This document shows, piece by piece, positions 27,454-39,744 of a stretch of 64,000 nt of DNA (positions are counted from its first letter, which is position 1; every line of letters begins with the position of its first letter). The notes beneath the pieces were generated by a model. The model was not told the origin of the DNA, did no database searches, and saw only the letters and a program-made list of their open reading frames with translations. Both the position numbers and the translations under genes were made by a program. Source of the stretch: Podarcis bocagei (taxonomy: Eukaryota); the NCBI GenBank assembly GCA_964188305.1, contig OZ076889.1. One strand, written 5' to 3'.

Positions 27454-27647
27454 CAGAGGCGCCATCTTCCAAAGAACACTGAGGGGGCCCAACGTGACTT
27501 CCTGATGTCACAAGCGTGATGTCATGTGGTGCCCTGACTTCGTTCCATGTCCAGCTCTGCATTTAGCATCAACAATTGGGGACCTCAAAAAAGGAAGAAG
27601 ATTGTGGGGCCCCAAAGAGCCTTGACCCCCTGGAGCCAGCACTTATG
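27454..27647. mobile_element. hAT-like MITE
   Basis: CAG...ATG ends; 8-bp flanks actccaca / gttccaca (6/8). Confidence 0.55.
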
Positions 27648-30600
27648 GTTCCACAGGTCCATCACAGGTGAGTCACAGGGTAGTGGTTTTTATACATATA
27701 TACTTTACAGCCCACATTTTCAGGCATGAATATGGAATCAACTCAAGCATCCTCCTCCCTGACGTTGTTTGCTTTATTCACTGCCTCTCAGCAAGAACCC
27801 TTTGGTGACATTAAGAAGGGACAAAGACAAAAGCCATCAATTTATCCACACCCAAACTCAAATAGCATACACTATCTCCATTACTAAAAAGATGCAGTGC
27901 CACATTATTCATCCACTTAATTACGGGAAATAGTTTTACCCCTAGTGGACAGCAAGATGTATTTTCCCACACTTGGTTCCAGCAGTCGGCTCTCTTATGC
28001 CTTCAAGATCAGCTTGATGTGCAGAAGTCAGCCGATGAATCTTCTCAGAGCAAAGAGCTAAACATTATTGCCTGTTAGTGTCTGTGCTAAGCTGCTCTTA
28101 AAGGCACAGCAGCAGTGGCAACCTGAAAGCACAGCAAACCTGGACAAATAAAGGGTCCACATCTTGCCTTATTCTATTGATATCTTCAAAATAGTGCAGG
28201 GCTTGTCAGTCCATAAAGAAATACAGAACTGTACGTTCTCATTTCAACTCTTATCATCCCTGACTGTTGGCCAGGCTGGTTGGGACTGATAGGAGCTGTA
28301 GTCAAATGACACAGGTTTCCCACTCCCTGCTCTAAGGGATAATGCTGAAGTGAAATTATGAAAAAGGCAGTTCACAAGTTTCATGAGCCTCGTTCCTCCC
28401 CCTTCAGAGAAAACCCCTCCTGTTCACATGCATTTATTATTTACAAACTAATATAGTCAGAATTCTCTGCAAAAGCTGGTGTTTTTGAGCTGCTTGCTTG
28501 AATCATTTGGAGCTGTTTCCTGTACTGGCATCTTTTTGCAGACCATCTGCTCTCGGACGGCGGCACTCTGCAATCTGAGCCATGTGGACTGATCTATGAA
28601 GTACTCCAGAGTCAATGAGGGAATGGCTAGGCTAGGCAGCTTTTTGACTCCTTCTACCACCACAACAGCAGAGTATAGTGGCTAAAGCTCCATGAAGACA
28701 ATCGTTCTGGGGATATCAATACACGAACTGAGAGTGAGATCATGTCTGCTGATTCCCTTCCTCAGCTTCTGTGTACTTTAGTGGGATCTTCTGCACAGAA
28801 CCAGCACACCTACACTTTGTGTGTGTGTCTTTATCTCTGTGCCATCTGCATCCTGCATTTTTTGGGAAGGTTCAGATGGCACTGGCAGATTCCCTCCATG
28901 CATACAGTCTGTACACATGCAGGCTCTTTGCAGAAAAGCTCACACACACAGGGATGTCATCTAGTATCCAGCAGAGTCAGAAGACATGTTTTCACAGTGA
29001 TAAATGTCACACGGAAGGGACTCCAACACTGAGTTTTCAACCAGTCTCCTGGGTTTTTTCTTTTTCTTTGATTGATTTGTAAATGCTATTGGATTTTTAC
29101 AGTTGTGTTCTCAAAAATCAACAAAGGTGGCAGCTCAATCTCTCTTGGCAGAGTACAGACATCCCCCACTTATACACGATCGACTTGCACGTGACCACAT
29201 ATACGTGCAATGCCAAGAAGTAATTAAATAACCCAGTTCAAACCTGGCAATGGCAGGAGAAAGCTAAAGAGTCCTTGTGGCTGATGAGGAGACCCTCGAA
29301 TTCAAAGAGGCCATCAGTGAGGGTGGAGGAAGCCCAGAAGAGAGTGAAGGCACAGCCACCATATTGCAGCCTCAGCTCACAGTCACTCAGTTGCACACCA
29401 TTTGTGGAACGGACAATGATGTTGTAAAAGCTAATAGCAATAATAATTGACAAGACCCAAAGTGGTCAAGAGGGCATCTGTTTGTGCTGTGAAAACGTTT
29501 TCAGGGGGTGCAGATTGTTAGAGTTGTTCAGTGGAATCCCTGATCTGGACCTTTGGTAGAAATAAATTCTCTCCACCACAGGAACGTGCTTCAAAGCTAT
29601 GCTGCAGAACAGTCTTAAATACTAGTAACTCATTGCAAACAGTCAATGAGGTCCAGTCCCTTATGCAGTTCAGTAAACTGTCCTCTCTCTGTGGTCCCAC
29701 ATGCAGATCCCAAGCTTGTTCATCACTGCAGAACTTCTCTGCAACCAGCGCTCCTGCTAGCCATCTCCAACAAGTGCACACACAGACTTCTCAAGCTGGC
29801 AGTGAGAACTCTGTAGCTTGTGCTTCTAGAGGTAGCTTATCTCACTCTAATGGAAAAATACCAGCCTTTGCCAGAGTGGAACCTTTTTGCCTAAGGTAAA
29901 CTTCCCATTACAGCATTTTAAGAGCAATGGAGGAACATTCAGTCATGTAACTCCAACCTTGTCCAAAGTACTATAGCTCAGACACTGGTTTGCCACCTTG
30001 GTGAAATCTGGGCTATAACGGGGTCTATAACTGGCCTCATGAGTGTAATCCTCTGGACAGGCTACATTGGCAGCAATGACAAACAAAGAGTCAGGTATGC
30101 ATAGGGTGCCAGTGAATGGATACATAATTTTTACTTAACTGACTCATAAAAAGTTAAAGCAATCTAATGCATGGTTGCGGCAGCTTTCCTCACAGAACAG
30201 CCCGTGGATCACCTTTTACTCCTTCTGACATTTGAGAAGGAGCAAGCTAAAACACTGCTTTCTGGATCATTTATTATTTACTACTGAACAAAGCTAGAAG
30301 CTAAATTATGTAGAAGTATTTTTAACGCAAACTTTAGGTATTATATTTTTAGCATCTTCTGTTCTTCAAAAAGAGGACTTGATGCAATCAAGTGCACTTC
30401 TCTTGGAAGGACTGCTAAGACAGGTTGGGTCGCATGCAGACAGGATGTGTGCAGTTGCATCGATTGTGAGACTGTTTCAGCACTGTCTGAGTCTGCTGAA
30501 AGCTAAGGATCACCTAGCAATTCCATTTAAAAATGCAGCGTATTTAAAGTGAGGACTAGGCATTATAATTTGCCTGGGTGCAGCATGGCGAACCAAAATT

Positions 30601-31521
30601 GATTTTATCATCAATTTGGATATAAGATATATGTCTGCTAATGTGACATCTGTGCAAAGTATTGTTATTAAGCAGGGTGGAAGGTGGAACAACTCCTAAA
30701 CCAACCAGGTGTTTTATTCAGAGTGTTGACACAATATACCAAGCTGAACTCCAGAAACTAGTAAAGTGTGCGGTGCCAAATGAAATTGCATGTCACTCAA
30801 TAGAAAGAGGAAAGTGCTGCTCATATTATATCTATAAAACAGGTGCTGCACCATGACTGAAGTAGTACTGACAGCTGGAAGAATTTCTGTAAATAACATT
30901 TTTAAAAAATGAATATTGAGGACCCGGTGGAGAGCAGATTTTCAGACATGGAGTTACTAATTACTATATTTTTTATTTCCAGAGTTTGCCTAAGTCTGCA
31001 TTTAAACTGACAATATGGAATGTCAGTATTGAAATGAATTCATTCAGAGAGCTGAGGAAATGTGGCACATATTTACGGGAAGAACAATGAGATACTTCAA
31101 CATTTCTGCTATGGCAATGTGACCTTTTCAGATATTGGATATGCATGATGCCAGCCTATATGAAAATATCTTCCAGGAAATAGTTTGCAAAAGTTTTAAA
31201 AACCATTACTGACAAGTGTAGGGTATGGGTATAAGGAAATGAGACTCTTAATTCCACGCCAGACAAAAAAAATCCCTGCATTGGAGATTGGACCAGATGT
31301 TCCTCATGGTTCCTTCCCACTCTACAGTTCTGTAATTCTGTTATTTAGATATTGCAAATGGGAATCCTTTCTAACATTAGCTTGCCACTTATTAATGCCT
31401 TTCCCATTTTGGCAAAGTTATTGAGAAAACCTGTGTTAACCCCTTTGGAAAGTTAGGTGCTTAGACCCTGCAAGCTGATACAATTTTTCTTGCAACCCCA
31501 GTTAGATCTCTGAACTGAAAC

Positions 31522-31668
31522 CAGTGGCATAGCGTGGGTTGTCAGCACCCGGGCCAAGGCAAGTAATTTGCGCCCCCTAACCCGTGGATTTGCGCCCCCT
31601 AACCCTAACCCCCAGATGTTGCGCCCGGTGCAGCCGGGCCCCCCTGCACCCCCCACGCTACGCCACTG
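31522..31668. mobile_element. Young hAT MITE
   Basis: 17-bp TIRs cagtggcatagcgtggg / cccacgctacgccactg (16/17); perfect 8-bp TSD actgaaac at 31514-31521 and 31669-31676; CpG-rich. Confidence 0.93.
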
Positions 31669-33079
31669 ACTGAAACAACCACCCTGCTAAATACACTCAA
31701 GAGCCTTCTGCTTTCAAATATAGTAGATGATGGCAGCCACAAATGTTTTATTTATATATTCTTTAAGAGGACATTCAGCCCCAGTAAAACTGGGAGCAAC
31801 TAATCACCATCTAATCTAATTCACCAAACAATTCCTCCTGCGGTTCAGGGTAAGGAAAGTATCCTCCAAAAGGATCCAAGAGCATACTGTAACTGTGTAT
31901 TTTATCCTGGGATGACCACAGAGGTATTGCCTGCACTGTCAGTTCAGCAGTGCCAGTTAGCCATTTTGAGCCTAATGTTTCCAATCCACAACGTTATCTT
32001 CCTACAATGGGAAATGACAAGTCAATAAATAAAACCTTGTCGCTGGCAGAACATAAACATGTTCAAATGAACAAAGGAAATGTTGAGAGCTACTTGTCGA
32101 CACAAGTGTCACAGCTCACAGGACAGCCTTCCAAAAAGCAATTGCCTCAGATACTGGCAGTGGTTTTCCAGATCAAACTGTACTTTGCCACTCTTGGCAT
32201 CCACAAATGTTGAAGAGTAGCCAGCATGCTATCAAAGCTACAAACAAACCAAATCAATATGTCCCTTTCCCTTGCCCCACCTTCCTGAATTTATGTTATT
32301 ACCAACAATAGGCCATACTTATAAGACTACTGCCAATTCACGCATGTTCCATACACTGGCTTGAGCATTCAGCAGCATGAGCTTTCCTCCTCCAAAGGGG
32401 AATGGTAGAGCTAAAAGGCTTCCTGGCAGGGTCTTGTGGAATCTGCATACATTTCATTTACTCAGTAATTCAAATCTTTATAAACTGTGGGATGAAATTC
32501 AGCAAATCCCAGCCAAAATTACAATAAGAATGGTCAGCGTGATTTTTCTTCCCCAAAGGCCAAGCAGGAGAAGCCTGCCATGAATACAGAGCATGCCTAA
32601 ATGGAGGATAGGGCCCTGTGGCTACTGCTAGAGATCTATTGTAATATATCTTTGGAACATGCCATTCTCACTTATGACTCAGAATCCATTTATGCCTTGA
32701 TTGATTTAGAGTTATTCTGCATTATCCCAGCTGCTGGAGGTGGCCAAGAAAAATTGTGACGTTAAGTAGTAACCTCAGGCAGGGTTCAGATGTTTACCAA
32801 AGCTTAAGCTTCTATTTGCATAGTGGAAGAGTGAATGTAAACAACCAGCTTCCCCAAACCCATCACATGGAGTGTGGCATGATGCTCATTTGCACAACGG
32901 CCTTGACACTATGGTTCTTCCACCACAAGAAGTATGGAAAAAACCTGCAATATGTTTTCTGGCTTTTTTGATGCTCATATGGAACATCTATATCATGGGA
33001 GCGAGTTTAAAATGTCCATTCCTCTACCATCAAGACAGAATTTTTGACCCCACAAAACATCTGAATTAGACCCATTAGA

Positions 33080-33205
33080 CTATCTTTCTAAAAAAAGACG
33101 TCCCAGAATTCACCATGAATGCCTCTCTTGTTTTCTCATCATGGCAATGGTGCCTACCTGGAAGGTGCTGGAACTGAGTTCTGGTGAGTTCTGGCTGGGG
33201 GAGGG
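33080..33205. mobile_element. Degenerate hAT MITE, same family as 48916-49050 in reverse orientation
   Basis: Shares the reverse complement of the internal sequence (caccatgaatgcctc...cacctg...gaactgagttctgg). Confidence 0.6.
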
Positions 33206-35009
33206 GAGCCCAGATTAGACCACAGTTATCTAAATTAGTCGAGAATCTGAGAAGGGCATCAGAAATACAAAATACTTTATTGTGGGTCCTTCCTGAACAT
33301 ATACCTAGTCCTCTTTGGTGACTATGGAATGACTACTATGGGTTGTGATTTTGTGTCAGTGGAAACAGAGCATGCAATTTTGCCCACCTCTCAAACGTAC
33401 TATGTCCCCAATGGCTGCTGCTGTGACATTGGGGACCCCCTGGAACACTATGTGGCATGATATGGAGGGGTTCAATCAGCCAAAATTGAGTGCAATGCCA
33501 TGTACTACCAGAAACATTCTCCAGTTCTGCAAAGCCACCATTGGATGCAACTCTATAAAAATAGGGACAAATGCTGATGACTAAACCTACAATGTAGAGG
33601 AGGGAAACTGTGGCCTTCCAAACGTTGCTGGAGATTATTCCAATAGACCATAACACCCTTTTACAACCTGGAGCTTTCTAGGGGTTGCTGTGGTCCAAAA
33701 TATTTGAAGGGCACCAGGTTGAGGAAATCTGTTTGATACGGTAGGTTTAGCAGCAACACAATTAACTATTAGAGGTAGTAATGACTACGTGAATAAAAGT
33801 GTGTAATGGTAAACATTTTATAATCCATCGTAGATTGTCTCCAAATGGGACAGGAAGAAAGTAATATATGCTTTTGATGGCATGACAGCACAATCCAACT
33901 GGCTGAATCAGGGAGTGCTATTTTTTCTATCATAAATCTACTGCCATGGATGAGAAAATGGATTTGAACATGTAAATCTTTCTATGGGTTTTCTTAGTGC
34001 TACATGGACTCATTGTGGATAGATGCAGTAGAAGCAGGTCACTTGGAAGAACAGCTAAATAATTGCTCTGAGTACCAGAGATAAATATTAAAAGGATCCC
34101 AAATAAAGCAAGAGATTTAGTTGTGGATGCTTTTACTTTATAGTAGCACACCGTAGGGTATCTGATGTGGAAAAAATACATTTATAGATGGAAAGTCTTC
34201 AGTGGCCATGTTATATTTTTCTAAACTGACATCAAGCTGCTTTAAAATATTTTTTCCCCAGTGAATAGCAATGCAAAATGTATGCGTTGCAAACCTTTGA
34301 AAGGTTTTGTCAGGTCTAATCATTTGTCTGCTGAAGACAATCTCATGCAAGGGAGGAGCCTTGTAATTAAGCAGGGATAAATAAGCAGCAGTCTGGGAAG
34401 CAGGGAATCATCATGGAGCAACACTGCCTGCCGTAATAATTGGAATACTCTGCTAATTGGAAAAGTCTGCTATTTATCTCCAACAGTAATAAAGTGTGTC
34501 CTCACGGCCCCAGTGCCATCTGGAAAGGCGCACTGCAGATCAGCAAACAGAGCATCTGCAGGTTAATGGGGGAAGTGTTGATTGTGCCATGACACGATCA
34601 ACAGATGTCAATCCAGGGTTGTTAAGACTAGGGCTTCCTACTGTTTCCTTTACTCTTATATACCCTGTTGGAAACAAAATTAAGTAAATGAAAGCTCTCT
34701 TTCTGGCTGTGGACTTTTGGCTTGCTCTCCCTTCTCTTTCTTTTGTGGCTATTCTGCTATGATCTTGCTTAGCTACACACCACTCCCAGACGCCACTGAA
34801 ACTAAATGTGTTATCACCTTTCTCTCAGTTCCCATGATCTTACCTGGAAATCAGCGATAGAGATATGGGCTTTGAAACCCTGATGGGCTGTTGATTTAAG
34901 TGGATTGGCAATAAAGCAAAAGAGCCACAACTAAAAGGGAGGCAGACAACACTGCCTGATAAATCTGATAAGCAAATTGCATATGTGCCATCTTGCCTGC
35001 ACACTGAGA

Positions 35010-35590
35010 TCTTGGCCAGAAGTCCTTTTGGTGTGTTGGCCTTCTAGGTATGTGAGGTGGGCCATCACAAGAGAGAGGGCCTTTTATGTGGTGGCGCCAC
35101 ACCTTTAGAACTGTTTCCCTGTAGAGCTACATTGGGGAGCTACACGTTTCAGAAGGACTTAGGACTCATCTACACAGCTGCACATAAAATGTTTCAAATG
35201 TGTTGTAAAGTGCAATATACAAATGAGACACTAGATGGCAACAATGAGCTATTCAATATCCGATGTATTTTTCAAAACGTTTTTTAATGCATTTTCACAG
35301 CGTTTTTTATATGTCTGTAGATTCCACTTTAGAGACTCGTTTGATTTGACTGTCCTGCCATTTTGTGCCACTCATTGGGTGAAGACTGGAATAGTATGAT
35401 GTTATTGGAGCTCTGAGTCTGGCGAGTTTGGGAAGAAGATTCTATTTTATTCTTGGCTTAGTCTTGTTTTTCATCTCTCTCTCTCTCTCACACACACACA
35501 CGTTTATACTTTTTGTTGTAAGCCACCTTGGACGGCTTTGCACACACCACACCCCCCAAAAATTGGCCTATACATATTTTAAAATTAAAA
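35010..35590 (+). mobile_element. Old L2 LINE 3' fragment interrupted by a MITE
   Basis: gagagggccttttatgtggtggcgcca encodes ERAFYVVAP; tail ttgtaagccacctt at ~35516. Confidence 0.65.
35162..35328. mobile_element. PIF/Harbinger-like MITE with a central CTCF-type motif
   Basis: Imperfect TIRs ggactcatctaca / tgtagattccac; TTA at 35159-35161 and 35329-35331; cactagatggcaac at 35229-35242. Confidence 0.6.
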
Positions 35591-35743
35591 TAAATATCCT
35601 TCTACTTTAGGTTGGAATCTTACACTTGAGATCTGCTGGTTCAGGAGCCATGGGATTAGGAAGACGTCCTGCTACAGTGGCAGAATAAAAAATATAGTGG
35701 CTCCATGTTATGGTTTGAAGGCAGACATGGCTGTCACCTTCTT

Positions 35744-35862
35744 GAATCTAAACAGGATTGGGTCTGGTCAGTGTCTAGAAGGGCAACTACCTAGGAACCA
35801 TATGTATACCACCTTGGGTTAAATGACAGAAGAACGGGTGGAATAAAATGTAGGAAAATAGA
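35744..35862 (+). mobile_element. 5S rRNA-derived SINE (SINE3-type) with L2-like tail, degenerate
   Basis: 35744-35797 aligns gap-free to the vertebrate 5S rRNA internal promoter region (38/54 by my manual count against remembered 5S sequence, mostly transitions). Confidence 0.6.
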
Positions 35863-36844
35863 TGACAACTAATATTGACTCAAAGCACCCTGTTTTGTGA
35901 GAAGATATATCTTGCTTAGAGACGGCAGCAGTGGTACATTCTGAGGGTCTGATGTGGAATTACATGAAAGAGTCAAACATGTTTTTGAACTGCCCACATT
36001 GTGTTAATATACTATACTATGCACATACTCATATTACCTCAGAGCCCATCAATACTGTGCCTTTGGTCAGCCTGCCTTTTCTAATCAGAATGGCTGATAT
36101 AGTTTAAGCCCTTTGCTTGGCTCCACTCTGCTTAATCTCCTCTCAGTGTCTGTCCTATCTATAAATCCTCTCTCTTGACTGGAACACTCCTCCACAGGCC
36201 TCCTGTGTGTAATACATATTCTGGCTTGGATGCACTCGGTCTGTGCCACTCACCAACTCTCTTGGAACAAAGGCCTGCTCTGCATAACTGGCTTAATGAA
36301 ATTGCCATCCTCGCTTACAGGTCTCTGTGCCAAACCATGTGCATGATCCCATTTGAAACAGCAGCCCTTATCTACTTGCATGCCATCATTTAGGCATTTA
36401 CTTGACATTTACTGGGATGCTTGTAAGTCTGCCTTTTCACTGGACTGGCACCTTCCTCTGATTCCCCCACAAGGCACCCTGTATGTACTCCACAAAAGTT
36501 AAAGCAATGTTACTCACCTTTCATCAGGTACCTACTTACTGTAATTACAAAGAAAACAAACTAGCTATCTGGCCATCAACTGAGAGTCCTTGGAACAGTC
36601 TGTTTTCCAGTGTTCAAGAGCAAAAGGAGAGAAGCCAAGGACTGCAGATCCTCCAGCAGTTCACAAACAGGACACAGTTGCATATTTTAAACGTGTATTT
36701 CTATACTAAAGGCTACTACCAGCTCTCCTTTCTCCATCACAGATTGCTGAAGACCCTATCACTCCCTGCAGGATGTGCACTGTATTACTTTATTGTGGGG
36801 TAGCCAACCATGTGCCAGCTTAAAAAAAAGAGTTGTTAGAATCA

Positions 36845-37035
36845 TAGGCTACATTTGCACTATATATTTAAAGCACTATCGTACCATTTTTAATAGCCAT
36901 AGCTTCCCCAAATAATCCTGTGAGGTGTAGTTTGTTAAGGGACCTAAAGAGTTGCTAGGAGACCCCTATTCCTTTTACAGAATTGCATTACCCAGAGTTC
37001 CACAGGAAAGGGGATTTGTTGTAAAACCATTTGGC
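36845..37035. mobile_element. Degenerate non-autonomous DNA-transposon-like squamate repeat
   Basis: aggctacatttgcac...catagcttccccaaataatcctgtgaggtgtagtttgttaaggg, recognised by pattern only. Confidence 0.45.
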
Positions 37036-38451
37036 ATGAATCAGAATTTTAAGGAGTTTGCGCGCACCATTTGTTACTGGTAGTGTTTTACAAGGGCCTA
37101 TACCAGAAAACAAAATGAGAGTTGGAAATGTAGGATTTTGCCCATTCCATTGATGAAGCAAACCTTGTACCCCTGCCAGGCCTTCTTTTATCCTTGAAGC
37201 CTCATCCCCTTTGGTTCCCATGAAAACTGCCTGGAGAACAGAGATAGGAAATTTCTTCACTGCCCACATCAGTTGTATGAATACACAGTTGCACAGTCCC
37301 TTAAAAATCAAAGAGAATCAAAGAGATTTGGTGGATGAGGCCTTCAGGGGCATGATAGCAACATTCCACTCCCAGGGTAACAGCTAAGGAAGTTGTCCCT
37401 TTGAAGAGATCAGTTCTTTTGGTGGCACCATGGGTACTCTTCTGCAGTGCATTTTTTCTAGAAAAAGGGTGCCAGTACCCACTGGAGGCTCCTGTGCCCA
37501 CCCTGCCCATTGTGAGTGCTGCTAGTGAGGCGACCAGGGCACACATGGACAGCAGCAGAGCACAGTGTGCATGAGGAGAAATACATCACAAGCCACACTG
37601 CTCACTCTTGCTCCTCAAATATTTTATTGGGTGGAGCCAAAGGGACCTTGGTTCCTAGGAGTTGGCTCCTGTGCAGGCAGCCATCAACCTAGATGCTTGC
37701 CGCTTCTCATCAGCCTACCCATCAGCAAGCAGCCAAATTAGCATCTTCACAGTCACATACTTCACAGTCACATTTTGAGAAGAGATGCTTTTAAAGTTTG
37801 TGCATGCAATGCATGCATCAACTAACAGAAGTGACTCCATACAATTACATTAATGTGTACCTCTTCTAGTATTTTAGCATCCGTCTTACCCCCATCAGAT
37901 GCTTATTTTCACTAATTATGTACTTGATCTGTTTTCATCTTATTTGTTTATTTACTTGTTGCAGGTGTATGTTCACCTGTTCTTCAAACTATCCTTCAGC
38001 AGAAGTAGAATTCCACATTTCATTCCCCGCATTATAATCAAGGAGGATTTCAAATTTTGTTCAGCCTTCTTCTGCGAATCTGTCAAAACATTGTTAGAAA
38101 GTGTACTTAAATTCTTTGAACTAACCATTTGATTTTCCTTGCTCATTTGTGCATTAATATTCTTTTGAGGCACCCCTACTCCTTCATTCCAAAAATTCAT
38201 TTCATATTAGAGGGGCTGAAAACGCCCCATAATTTGTTATGAGGTAAAAAACCCCCATCTCTTTCACTCAAAACAGAACACCCATATACTTGGGGCAGTT
38301 GCACTGTGTGTCAAATGCCACACAGTTCATGTGCTACTCATCCTATGGCCTACTCTTTCCTCCTTGAAGCCATACCCAACTCCAAGTGTACCAAGAGCAA
38401 CAAGAGTACACATGGCATACACCATTTTGTCTGAAATGAGTGTATGTTTCT

Positions 38452-38888
38452 TGTAGTGGTTGGGAGTTACTCGTGCGTAATCCTGCCCCGTTTGAGCATT
38501 GGATTGCCTGGTTAAACCCTCCGGACTGCACAGCCCATCTCAGCGTGGCTGCCCTTAGTCACTCGTAGAATCTGTCTGTGGGCGTTTCTTAAAGCGTTGC
38601 CAACATAAGAGTTGTTTGACGCCCAATTGTCTCCGCCTCTCACTGCGTGGGAGTCTCCTGCGCAGGGTGGGCGTGGGCAGCGGGGTGCTTGGGCTCTCCT
38701 CACTAACTTCCAACGAAGAGTCCTGGAGCCCCTGCACCTCCCTGTCCCGTTGCTCTCCTGGATCCCTGGTGTTACACTCATTCTCTTCCCCTTCTTCCCA
38801 GCTGAGTCTCCCCCTAGCGCTGGGACCTTCTCCTGCAGAATCAGAGACCCTCTCCTTCTCCCGTGCCTCTGATGTCAGTTCCCTGACA
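38452..38888 (-). mobile_element. Solo LTR (437 bp; Ty3/Gypsy-like)
   Basis: TG...CA termini; perfect 5-bp TSD tttct at 38447-38451 and 38889-38893; CpG-rich. Strand inferred from the related tgtcagggactgg start at 55178. Confidence 0.85.
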
Positions 38889-39172
38889 TTTCTGCTTCAC
38901 CACTTGTACATTCATCAGGGTGTGATGGCCACTTACAGTTCAAAACAGACACAGGTAGCTACTTCAAATACAATGGTGCATAACACATGCATTTATAATT
39001 CACATATCCATTTTCTCCAACCAACAAAGAACTTCCACAACAAAAGCAGTTGATGTGGATGGAAAACTTGATGCTCCTGTGGTCCCATTGGTCTTGGTTG
39101 ATGATTGTGTCAGCACCAGACATTGTAGTGGATCAGAGGTATTTACCTCATCTCCCACCAGGTGAGCTGCTG

Positions 39173-39744
39173 CACCAATACCTTGATTCATCTTTGGTCC
39201 GGCTTTGTAGAAAAGAGAGGGGATGGTGGTGTCGTGCAAATGCACCAGCAAAGTCAATCTGGCACTCCTGCTGGTGCAATTGCACCATGCTGCTCTTCCC
39301 ATTGCCATGCCCCTCCTTGTCTCTGTTCTGGTAAGTACCGTATTTTTGGCTCTATAAGACGCACCAGACCACAAGACACACCTAGTTTTTGGAGGAGGAA
39401 AACAAGGAAAAAAAGATTCTGAATCTCAGAAGCCAAAACAGCAAGAGGGATCGCTGCACAGTGAAAGCAGCAATCCCTCTTGCTGTTCTGGCTTCTGGGA
39501 TAGCTGCGCAGCCTGCATTCGCTCCATAAGACGCACACACATTTCCCCTTACTTTTTAGGAGGGAAAAGGTGAGTCTTATAGAGCAAAAAATACGGTAGC
39601 AGCAAACAGCACGACAGGTGAGCATCTCTGCCCCACCACACCACCATCCCCTTTCTTTTGCAATGGGCTGATGGAATGCATATATTCTCATTCAGCTCAT
39701 CACATGCTTCAAAGCCTGACCAGAGATGAATCAAGGTATTGGTG
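39173..39744. mobile_element. Non-autonomous DNA transposon with 34-bp TIRs, host of a nested MITE
   Basis: caccaataccttgattcatctttggtccggcttt vs aaagcctgaccagagatgaatcaaggtattggtg (32/34 inverted); flanks TG / TA. Confidence 0.8.
39338..39596. mobile_element. Tigger/pogo-like MITE
   Basis: TIRs ccgtatttttggctctataagac / gtcttatagagcaaaaaatacgg with TA on both sides; internal hairpin at ~39424-39500. Confidence 0.9.

Noticed and set aside
29531-29899. 122-aa Ser/Gln-rich ORF ending near an aag|gtaaac donor-like site
   Set aside because: No recognisable homology, no convincing acceptor and a non-ATG start.
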